This document shows positions 52,801 through 64,000 of a stretch of 64,000 nt of DNA, in pieces. This stretch comes from Balanoglossus misakiensis (taxonomy: Eukaryota; Animalia; Hemichordata), in assembly GCA_040954595.2 (NCBI GenBank), contig CM082586.2, forward strand, positions 6,975,337 to 7,039,336, written 5' to 3'. The notes beneath the pieces are model-generated. The model was not told the DNA's origin. It saw only the letters and a program-made list of their open reading frames with translations, and ran no database searches. Within the stretch, counting starts at the first letter, position 1. Every line of letters starts with the position of its first letter. A program made the translations under genes and the position numbers.

Positions 52801-55800
52801 AAATCTGATCTTCATTAATAAGTCTACTAATAAATAGCTGAAACTTTGCTTTTCGCTCGCATTAGATCGATATGTTTTACTCGGCAACCACCACGATGCC
52901 TGGGTCTACGGGGCGCTGGATCCGGCGAGCGGCTCCGCTGCACTGATGGAACTGGCCCGTGTGTTCGGACATTTTGTACGAGAAGGTGAGTTATTCACAT
53001 GAAGCCATACATAGACCTATACGGCAGGTGTGAATACAGATGGCTAGTTGGTCTCTATATCCGACCTACTGCACCATGTAACGCGCTGTTTTGGGTGACT
53101 TCGGATTCTAACAAAAGTCTCTCGTACACTAAACAGGGTGGCGACCGCGACGCTCGATTGTCTTCTGCAGCTGGGGAGCTGAAGAACACGGCATCATGGG
53201 ATCGAACGAATGGGTCGAGGTATTTATCGAAGTCTGGCGTGTTGGCACGTATTGCAGCATAACAATAACATATCACGTCATCATCGACGTATAGTTATGT
53301 CCATAGCAAGCTATAACGGTATTTGATACGTTTACATGATGACGTCAATCTCGATGAAGCGTGTCCCAGTGACTGTGGCCAGACCCAGGAGCGAAATAAG
53401 ACCCCCTTCCATCAATACACACAGGTGCTGTGCAACTGTGGCTGCATAGAATGTTTTCCCAAGGGCACTGACACAGTCTATTTTTGTAGGAATACGCGAA
53501 GAATCTGGCGACGAGGGCTGTGGCATACTTCAACGTGGACACAGCTGTTGCGGGTGAGGTGAATTCTTGATTTGCATGAAAATACTAAGAATGCGCGTAA
53601 CGGTTTGTTTGGGTCGAAAATGAAGGGCTAGAAGGGGGTGGGGGGACATTGGATCTCACCAGAATGGAAGCGTCATGAGTTGATCCAGAATATTGAAATC
53701 ATGACATTTTCTTTATAACTCCCTTATTTACGCCCCTATCTTGAAAGTGCTCGCAAACAATAACTTTCTCTTCGTCATCCTCCCCTGATAGGTACCCACA
53801 TACTTAATGTCAGAGCAAGTGCTTCTTTGGCTTCCCTTGTACACGAAGTCACCAAAAAGGTAAATACAGTGAGATAATTAAGGGGGAGAGAGGGGGAGGA
53901 GAGAGAGGGGGGCAGCAACATGTCTGAGCACTTGGATACGTGTGTTCCATTACTGGCATCGGGAGGAAGCTTGCATGCGATCACATGCGTGTATATCATA
54001 CGTGTATAGATCATACACCTACATGTAGTATACGCCCCAATGTATTATACACGTACATATATCTTTCGCATTGATGCAATGACACGTTTACCGATATTTG
54101 CGCACACGCTTAGATCCCGGATCCAGACCCAGACGAAAACCGCCAATCAATATACGACACCAGGCGTCATAGGTACTGGCCGGAAACGTATCAACCAAGC
54201 GACGACTTCGTACCGCCGTGAGTATCCGAAACGTTTCCTCGAAAGCCCTTACTGCATCTAGTTGTAAATGCGCTGTTTACCTTGTAGGCCTGTGCAAGTT
54301 TAGTGTTTGAAAAACCAATTTAGTACTTTGTATTAAGTAAAGCTATGCCTTATAAATTACCAAAATGCCGGTTGTCTTTTCTGAAAAGCTCTGCACATTT
54401 TAGACTGCTGGTTGATACAACGTCGCTCCCATGAGATCAACAATGGATGACGTTATCTGTAATCTCAATTTCAGCGTGTCGCGCTTGTCGTTTGGCAGTG
54501 ACCACACCCCGTTCGTACAACAGCTGGGTATTCCTGCTATCGATATGATTTACATGTATAACTTCGTAAGTATATAAGTATCTGATCTGAGACTACCTTC
54601 TAACTTCTAACTTATCATGTTATCACTTGCTAAAATGCTAAACATTTTACATGTAATTAGTGGTTTATTTTGAATTTCACTATTTCCCTTTTCTTTTTAG
54701 TACGAGAATTACAACTTGACCTGGTACCCGCTGTACCACACCAGCTACGACACCTTCCACATGTACGAGACGTATTACGACCCGGAGTTCAAGTACATGC
54801 AGGGCGTCGCAAGGGTTTGGGGAGAGATGACGAGGAGTATGGCGGACAGCGCCCTCCTGCCGCTCAACGCCACCGACATGGCGGAGGAAATTGTCACTTA
54901 TTTTCATTACCAGAAGAACAGCGACAACGGAGAGAAAATGACCGAAAGGGGGATTTCTTTCGGTGAGAGATATTTTCCCTCTGAATCCCCCCCCCCCCAC
55001 ACACAAAACCATTTAAAGTCAGAATTAGGGAACCGTCTGAAAATGAGTTGGAGATAGGTGATATCCTTTTACAAAATTTATTCTATTCAGGATCATTTCA
55101 AACAAATATCACACAGAATTCACAACCCAAGCTTTACTATATTATATAAATCTACGGTTGCTGCTTTCAAGAATTATTTGATAATTTAGGTGCATACTAT
55201 TTGTTATTGTTCCAGATGACCTCGAAGTAGCAGTGAATAGATTTTCCAACGCTGCGAACAGACTCCAAGAAGCGACGAATCTGGTCAACAAAACTGAGTA
55301 AGTACACTCACCAAGAGAATCTTGTACATTCTGTATTTTTTGTCCGTTCGTTTGCATTGGTTTTTCCCTCAGAACCACTAAAATTGGCTTGGTTCCGCTT
55401 TTCTGAATGTCAAACCTTGTATTTATGTATACTTGCAGTGTCATGGCTGTACGCTTGCTGAATGACCAGCTGATGTACATGGACCGAAGCTTTATCGATC
55501 CGCTGGGTCTTCCGGGACGGCCGCTTTACAAGTATGATTACGTCATCTCGTCGGCCACTCATTGGTCAATATCTGTCACATGATATAAGTTCATGCGTGT
55601 TCACCAATAGTAGACTTTTTATCACGTCAACTCGGCCACTCATTGGTCAATATCTGTCTCATGATAAATCCCTGTTCGCTCCCTGATATTTAGAGTTTCT
55701 ATAGTATCATACCAAGTTTAGTTTCCTAAATGAAGTCGGTGTGATGTATATGTAACACGTCTTTTCACCACATTCTGCCTACACAGTCACGGTATACGCG

Positions 55801-56074
55801 GTATCGCCACCATATTTTGAAGTGTCTAATACATGTACACGACTCTATCTTTAACAGGCACGTGCTGTACGCGCGGGATAAACATAACTCGTACCGGTCC
55901 CTGTACTTTCCGGGCCTGAACTCCGCCGTGAGCGACGTAGACACGGCCGACGATCCCACAATGCAGTGGAAGGAGGTCGAGAAGGAACTGGCCAAACTGA
56001 CCTATCACATGCACTCGGCAGCCAGTACGCTGAATGACGTCACTACCGGGTCACTAACTAGGGGGCCACTTTGA
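46891..56074 (+). CDS. M28B metallopeptidase, glutamate carboxypeptidase II / NAALADase family, type II membrane protein
   Basis: Exons 46891-47016, 48807-48898, 50488-50650, 50830-50964, 51227-51352, 51612-51792, 52052-52145, 52317-52412, 52601-52686, 52866-52985, 53137-53219, 53490-53553, 53792-53859, 54114-54217, 54475-54565, 54701-54962, 55216-55297, 55439-55531, 55858-56074. N-terminal TM helix, PHLAGT, PA domain ([16 protein letters not shown]), Zn-ligand motifs GNHHDAW, ALDPASG, WGAEE, NVD, YPLYH. AATAAA at 56094. Confidence 0.93.
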
Positions 56075-56531
56075 TGGCGTACTTTGATGCTGCAATAAAT
56101 CCCGAATTCTGCCTTTTTTATATCAAATAATGACTTCTCTCACTTGTATTTATGAACTCCAACAGGCATAGAATGTACGCTGCGTAAACGCTTCATTGAC
56201 TCGAGTAGATGGGTTTGGCCCTAGACGCCATGTTTGATGGACTGAAAATTGATAATCGTGTCATGGCACATTTTTTCGTCTGACAATTGTCTGAAATCCA
56301 TTAAACGAATAGGAAAGAACGATATAGATCTTGAAGGAAATAAAAAAAATACTTTTCATCAATATCTGATTGGTGTTACTGTATTTACGTCATTGGCTGA
56401 GATAAGAAGGAACGTAAGGTGAACGTTGTGGCGAATGAAGACCATGTTTGTTTTCATTATCAATCAATGTTTCCCCTAAATTTCGCGGTATGAAAAAGAA
56501 TGGCAACACAATTTCTAACCATTTCTTCGTA

Positions 56532-56532
<1 letters not shown>

Positions 56533-56589
<57 letters not shown>
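56533..56589. repeat. (GATT)n microsatellite
   Basis: Direct reading. Confidence 0.9.
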
Positions 56590-57147
56590 GACATCATCAC
56601 CGCGATGCTAAGACATAACGGTTACCATACACATTGCTTTAGAAGTAGCTTAAACAATTTTAAGGACACAGAATATTCCATGTTGGAACCGGTTCTCTTA
56701 CAATTTGAACATAAAATATATGCGTGTTTTCTTTGTAATTTAATAATTTTTCATTAAATATTATGGAACCACGGTGGATTGCAAGCATTTAATGATGGGT
56801 TTTGTATGTCTCAGGTAAACATGAAGTGCAAATCACACTCATGAATATTTGCGCACAGCCAGAAATGGCTAATTTAGAAAAATGGGGTCAGTGTGTGTTT
56901 TGATGCGTCGACAACGCAGCGACCGAAGAATTTGGGATTAAGGTCCACTGTGTAGAACGACTGCTGGTTTAATGGCGGATAGACACCGGGAAAAGTCGGC
57001 TTCAAAAATGGTGGATTTATAGCTCATATACAACAAGAATTTGTCATAGGAATCGGTGAAAGGGACGGACACGGATTGGTGTTATACAAGGAGGGGTCGG
57101 CGAGCAAGTTTCTACCGGGTAAAGTTGTATATAGACTCTACGCTGTC

Positions 57148-59922
57148 ATGACGGGGACACGGAAAGCAGTTGATGTCTGGACTGTGCTGACACTGTGTTT
57201 CGTATTTACTCGGGCGATGTTCGTACCACACAGCGATACCACAGTTCCCAGCCTCAGGGCATTTACTAGTAATGTTTCTACGCAAGGTGAGAAAATTGTA
57301 GTTTATTTCCTAACTTATTTGGTAGCACGTCAAGATTGGTCAAAGCACTTGACGATGACGTAAGCTGTAATATGTGAAGGTGTCGCATAATTTTATCATC
57401 CCTGATTGTTCACAATCGATGGGGGGCACGTACCAGTACGTGGGTTAGCGCGATGATGTGATAGGAAATTGGTTAATAATAGACAAAGTACATGTACCTA
57501 TATAGTGATAATGTTGGGTGGATATTCCATCCGTGTCACCATCTCACAAAGCCAGTGAAAAGTGTTCCATGGAGAAGACGTGGTGAAAATTGTGCGCTCT
57601 AAGATTCTTAAACTTTAACCAAGAGTGGTGGTGATCAGTGGGTGTGCAATGCGAATGAAGAAACTTAATATTACATTCATGTAGATAACAGATCCAATGG
57701 GAACCACTACATTAAGTTAATGATTGAAGCATATGAGGATGTTGAGTTATCTGACGTGATAAAACCAGCAATCATTTGTTTTCAGTCACATCAACCCGTT
57801 TCAATTTTTTCAACTCTCACAAAGTGAAGATGCTACACAATCATTTACATGCAGCTTAAGTTAGCCAATAACCGATTGGCATTGAAGCGACTATAAAATT
57901 AAACCCTGGGCACAGTTTACCTGCTCTGTGTAAACTCTGCTGGCTGTCGCGACTGGTACCGTCGCAAAATCAACAAAGCCTTGTCAACAAAGGTCAACCC
58001 ATCTGAATCATATGCCTTGCGTTACATAAAGACTGCAGATTGTCGATGCCAGTAGACGATATTGATAATTATGTCACCTCTATAAATGCTATTATAAGCG
58101 AAGGTTGTTTTACGTTACCCGGACAACTTAAAACATCGGTTGTTTTTTTAATGATTAATATAAAATATTAATAGTTAATGTAAAATGATTCAGACATGTC
58201 CGATTGATGTTTAGTGCCGCTGTGAGTACATTACCGGTAGAGTACGTATACACTTTACACACGTGTAGAAAGCCAATTCTGATTCAGAACATTCATTTTG
58301 TAAATTCGTGTAGGAGAATCAACGATGGCGACACCCACGCCACAAAGAAGGTATACGATGCACACGGTCAATGCGACACAACTACCAAAGCCAGTTGCAA
58401 CAGCGCCAACATGCCATCAGTTCTTTCAGGACCTCAACGGCGAGGTGTACACGCCGAACTGGCCCAGCGCCTACCCAACACATACCATGTGCGAATACAG
58501 AATACTCTCGCCATATTACCCAACGACGTCATATTTCGCAGTAAGTAAATCCCGGGAAGTAAATGAACAGCAAATTATATATTTTTGTTTCATATTTCTT
58601 CCCCGTTCTAGGTTCTGTTTCTTTGAATTCGACAGAAACGACGCCACTCGCGATATTGGTATAAATAAAATTGAATAACACACTAACGTATACCATAAAT
58701 AGGATGTCGTGGTTTGTGAACCAAAATCTCAGCTGCTCCAAAACAGAATTTAAAAATGTCACAGTTACCTACAACTTAGCATTTTACTTTTCTCGCCTCT
58801 ACTCCCCAGCTAAATTTCCGTGCATTCCACGTGTCGGACTGCGAGTTCGACGACCTGCAAATCTACAGCATGAGCGGAGTGGAGGGGTCGATCGACCAGA
58901 CCCTGATCGGCACTTACTGCAAGAGCAACAAACCGCCCTCAGTCCTCACATCACACGGCGCTGGTCTGTTGCTGATTTTCACCTCGACGACTGGCAACGT
59001 CGACGGGTTGTACAGCGGGTTCCACGCTACATTTACAATTCAACAAGACGAAATTGAAGACTGGGGTATGTGGACATAATCTCTTTATACCAGTGTTACA
59101 CCTGTGTTAGCGGCCACCTGTATATAGTGGGAACTTATCATTATCGGCCATTTTGTTACAGTCCCCACGTGTAATTTACATTTGCATTAATTGACCTGTC
59201 TATAAAGGCCACATGTCTCTAAAGGACTAACTGGCCGCTATACACAGGTTTGACTGTCTACTAGTATAGCGACTGTCAAACCCTTACGAGTACATGTATA
59301 CTTAACCTATAACCTTTTGACATTTCCCTTTCAATTTTCATCTGATTACTTGACAGCAATTAATTATTGGCTTTTGACATTTGTCATCATGGTGACCGTG
59401 GCGATATTGGCCGCCTGCTACAAATCGTTTAAGAGAAGTCAGAATAAACGAAGGGGTCATAGGTCACCTATGGCGGTGGCATCCATCGGTGGTGATGAGG
59501 CCAGCGTATCAGGGATCGATTCAAGGTGGGTTGATCAGTATACAAAGTCACAAAACTTCTGAGGCATATAGACCCACGAGATTGCTGTAACAGCGCAGTG
59601 GTATGACACAACGTAATAACGTTGGCATTTCTGTCTTCTCAGATACATGGTGTCTTACAACCCCTCGGATTTCACGTCGCCTGTGCGTTTCGGGGCTTTC
59701 CCTGGCCCGCCACCGTACGCCGGCAACTTCCCGCAGTCTCAATCGGACGACGTCGATGCGCCCACACAGCCCGAGACAGCTGACGGAAATGGCGGCCATT
59801 TTAATTATGCATACTTCGCAGGTGACGGCACGACGGAAGGTTCTGCTTTGCCGCCTTCTTACGAAGAAGCGCTGGCCGCGAAACGTGCTCTTGAAGATGC
59901 GCAAGACGAGTCAAACGCATAG
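57148..59922 (+). CDS. Single-CUB-domain type I membrane protein with cytoplasmic PPxY motifs, copy 1
   Basis: Exons 57148-57286, 58314-58540, 58810-59065, 59357-59525, 59643-59922. Signal peptide, Thr-rich stalk, CUB domain (C..GEVYTPNWPSAYP..C.Y.I, CEFDDLQIY, IGTYC, GF.ATF), TM WLLTFVIMVTVAILAACY, tail with PPPY and PPSY. Confidence 0.85.
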
Positions 59923-62100
59923 GTGAAGAATTTCCAACGCTGTCGTTTGGTCAGGATTTACAACAGTACCGAGAAGGCCAGGACCTTGCTAAACTTTTAA
60001 ATATTTCTTGTTGAATATTTTTCATTCATTTTTGTGTTATATGTGCATTTATACTCAAGAAATTTTATCAAGTATTTCCGAACAAAAAAAATTAATGATG
60101 GCTTTTTTCCTTAGTTAATTAGCTTGTTAATTTCCATTAACAACTATTGCTTAAAAATATATATTACGTCCACTGGAAATGTAAAGTGCTAAATTTCTTT
60201 TTTAAATTTGCGTCACAGAATCAGTCTGATTCTAACATCTGCAATAGTGAAAGAAAATGGCGTGTATATAATGTTGACTCAAAAGCAATGACGTCAACAT
60301 ATCTTTCATGTAAGCTCTTCAGCTACTTCCAAGACAAATGTAATGTTGATCGAGCTACTGAGAAATGAGTAATTTTGTAACTTTCACTTGAATGTTATCT
60401 AAGTCGATCATACAAACATGCTTTCTGTTTTCAAAAAATCAATAAACGGGTGTATACATCAACAACTGTAAAACTGTTGTATTCAGATGTGCTATCGTTT
60501 GTGATGTTCTCTCTAATTATTCCAGATCTATCAACCAATATTGTCAACACCTTTATGAGTTTCTGCTAATTTCAAATATACGTAGTAGATGGCTGATGTC
60601 ATTGGAATGTGGCGTTTGTCAAAGGCGTATCGGTGACGTCATCATATTGATGACACTGAAGTACATGTATGTACTGGTGAAGTTAATAGTTAGCACCTGT
60701 CGTATACGTAGATCGTCATGAGCAAGAGTTGTAAACGAGAAAATGGCGGAACGTATAGCAACCATTTCGAATGAGAAATGAATGACTCACTGATTCCGTG
60801 GATATCGGCGTGCTATCCGATTGCTCGGAAATTGTGTGCGTGGGATCACCTCCGCTATCATATGAAGAAGTTCGCTATGTCTATACAACTACAGCTGAGA
60901 CTGATGATAATCTCAATTAACCAATATATTTGAATAATTGCAAATAATTGGAGTGTGGTCATGATATTAAGAATACATGAACATGTATATGAGTTCAACT
61001 CTCTGGACCGGTACGCAACCATGGACCTACCCACAAGACTTATGTAATTATTTGTTTGTACAAAATGCAGGTGTCTCTGTCAATGTCAACAAAAAACTCG
61101 AACAGACATTTAAGTGGGACATTTCAAATAGTTTGTTTTCAATATTTGGAGATTTCAGTTCGGCACAAGTCTAGAATGTGTCGGTCACTGTACACTGCCT
61201 ATATTGACGCTCTATAAGTGGAAATACATGAACTGAAACATTCCAGGAATAAAAGTAGATACGTGTGAAACGGGTTTTGTTATTGTACATGAACGACCTT
61301 TGTGTCGTGATGATAAAAATCTAGATATTGCGCAGTCTCAAAAGCATATGCAAAGGTCACTCCACTTCAAGCAGGGGTTACGTACACATGTATATTGTCA
61401 AAGTCTAAGTCCAGGCAACAGTAACGGGCAGTTGAACATTTTGTGGAAATTTTACACGAACGTTGAAGCTATATGGGCCTATTATTAGGAGAAACATCTC
61501 AGCTGAACGACGTATAGGGATATTTTTTGGAGGTGGGTTATTGGTATGGTGCGGTATGATTTTGGGTGGTATGGGCATTAGCGATGTTATATATTTCCTC
61601 GAAAAATAATATATTCTCGGCAATTACACTGACGAATGGTTATTTGTATGCAAACCGATGAGGGCTTTATACCGGGTCAATATCGATGAAATAGAAACAA
61701 CAACCAACTATTAAATGTATTGATCAATGAACTTGTATATTCGATACTATCAAGCTCTCGTATAATCAATCTTGTGTAACTCTATAGTCGGTTATATATA
61801 GGTGTTGCCTCGTCACTGTTTGAGAGACCGTGTTGTTTACATACAATTCTCGCGTCATTGGCAGCTCAACTTGACATAACTAAGGCCACAGTACATACGA
61901 GAGCTTGGTGGTGTCGAATATTCGAATCCAGTAATCACTCATTATGTTTTTCCCCCCAATTTTGCACATAAGCTGACGTCATTGGTATCGTAGATATAAT
62001 CACAAATTGCCTGCACACAAATACTGTGAATCCTAATGTTTTTACTCCCTTGCAGTTATATATATCCAACCTATTTAGGACCAACCCCTTCCAGCAAATC

Positions 62101-64000
62101 ATGACCAAGCACACGTGCCGACACTCTTCGCTAGTTATCCTGACACTATGGCTGAACATGTGCGGTCCAGTCGAGGGTAAAACTCTCGCTGAGAGCTTAT
62201 ACTCCCGATATTACAAAGACCATTCGCCTTTAGATTGGAACAGAAATATGCATTCAGGTTTGTTTCGTCATATTGTAGTATTATTATGAATCAATCAATC
62301 CATCGATTAATCAATATCTCTCTACCCATGTCCAAGATACTATTAAGAATCTACCCACGGAACAGAAGAAGGTCTCCACGTATATTATGAAACCAAACAG
62401 AGATACACAAATAAACAATTACAAAGTATGAGAGAGGGGAGGGAGGGAGGGATAGGGGGAGAGGTAGATCTATCTTGCAAGAGATGTGTACCCCCCCCCC
62501 TCTCTCTCTCATTAGATCTACGTTTCACAGACCAAGCTGAAAATTTAGGATCCCAGCAGAGCATTCAAGCTGACGAACCTATCGGTGAATGTGGTGGGAC
62601 CTACTTCGACGGTATTGGTGAATTCTATTCGCCTGGTTGGCCAAATCCTTACGCCACAGATTCGTTTTGCGTTTACAAAATTGGCATTGAAGGTTACTCG
62701 GACAGGAACATCAAGGTGAGTGCGTCGTCATAGTATGACACTTAAAGGCAGAACTGCCCTATAAATAGGGGTAGTGGTGGATTGTAAATACTGAACGGAA
62801 GATCAATCACCATAAACACCTTGATCAAACGTTCATTGCGATTACAATAACCGACCATTTGTATTTTTAAAGCTTCACTTTCCGACATTCAACCTATACG
62901 GAGAAGGATGTTACAACGACTTCGTTGACATTTATGGTGGCTCCGATGTGTCCGCCCCGCTGATTGGCCGATACTGCGGCGACTACTTCTCGTCAAACGG
63001 CGTCAACGTGACGTCAGTCGGCAGTTCCCTACTGGTCGTCTTCGCCTCGTCTTCCGTCAATTCTGGCGGCAAGTACCAGGGGTTCCACGCCAGGTTTTGG
63101 ACCGTCTATGACGATTCACTCAGCGGTGCGACAGGTACTATTCTCAATATTTTGGTAGTTTGACTAAAATGGGTAATTGTCGAGGAAATTGTTTCTCCTT
63201 TGACTTTTCCTGGACTGACTTTCATCCATTTCATGAATGAGAAATTAATTAACTATATAGACAAAAAGGTCTAGGAATATTAATTCGTCGACTTCAACAC
63301 TTGGAACAAAGTGGTATATTTGGACAAAGTGCGCGGCGTACTTTCCGAAAGACATCTATCGACCATGATGTACGAATGCATGCGTATGTAAATTCTGTGT
63401 TTTCTCTAAATTTCCATGCCTTTCATTTCAGTCGCCCTCATCGTTGTTGGTTGTCTGCTCGCTCTTGGTATTATTTTGCCGTTGATATATATACTGACAG
63501 TTGGATATTTATTGCCATGCGTGCGGAAGGGCTGCAGAACTGGGTCCGAGGACGAAGAGACGAACGCGTCCGCCAACTTCGAGCAAACTATCGTCAACAA
63601 TGACGGGTACATCGATTGTCATTACTTTAGTAATTCCAAATGGAAAAGTGAAACCTTTAACGTCTCGGATCTTGACAATTCAGATTTAACTCACGCTGGA
63701 TATAATCACATGGTTATTCGACGACCCGTGTGTTTTATGGCCTTCTGTGGTGGAGTCAAGTTTTCGTTTTGATTAAACAGTGAACACGTCATCTTCGTTG
63801 ATTGTTACTGACGACGACGAATGTACACCCTGTCTGCTACATGTATTTTCCTTCTCCTTGAATTTCATATGCCTACATGTATCTTGAAAACGAGCTTTTC
63901 TCGTATGACTTACCATACTTCGGTATAAAATCATAACTTTCTAAAGCATGCCAGTTCAACGCAGCTGCTTTCCTGTTTTCTTCATTGCAGGCAATACGAT
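62101..64000 (+). CDS. Single-CUB-domain type I membrane protein, copy 2 (3' end outside window)
   Basis: Exons 62101-62176, 62531-62715, 62873-63134, 63432-63606, 63991->. CUB domain CGGTY..GEFYSPGWPNPY, GCYNDFVDIY, LIGRYCG, YQGFHARF. TM ALIVVGCLLALGIILPLIYILTV. Intron phases 1,0,1,2 as in copy 1. Confidence 0.85.

Noticed and set aside
55541-55666. ~40-bp direct repeat (TCGGCCACTCATTGGTCAATATCTGT) in the last peptidase intron
   Set aside because: Two copies only, probably a local duplication or repeat fragment; no function can be supported.

Overview
Intron-rich animal genomic DNA, probably from a marine invertebrate (species not determinable here); there are no prokaryotic features. I reconstructed seven spliced protein-coding genes by hand from GT-AG boundaries and reading-frame continuity: PAS kinase (PASK, +), two tandem SLC16/MCT-family transporters (+), PDCD2L (-), an M28B peptidase of the GCPII/NAALADase family (+), and two tandem single-CUB type I membrane proteins (+, the second running off the window). 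Introns carry at least six families of short inverted-repeat elements (MITEs), a 38-bp minisatellite and several microsatellites. The most interesting signals are at PASK. A 10-codon candidate first exon 15.5 kb upstream (MGVHASKKCK) splices in frame and fits the N-myristoylation consensus. Five full RFX X-box matches lie in the promoter and first intron. Two homologous, mutually exclusive acidic last exons are separated by a young element with a 9-bp target-site duplication (TSD). Together these suggest a lipid-anchored, possibly ciliary PASK isoform. This is inference and needs transcript data.
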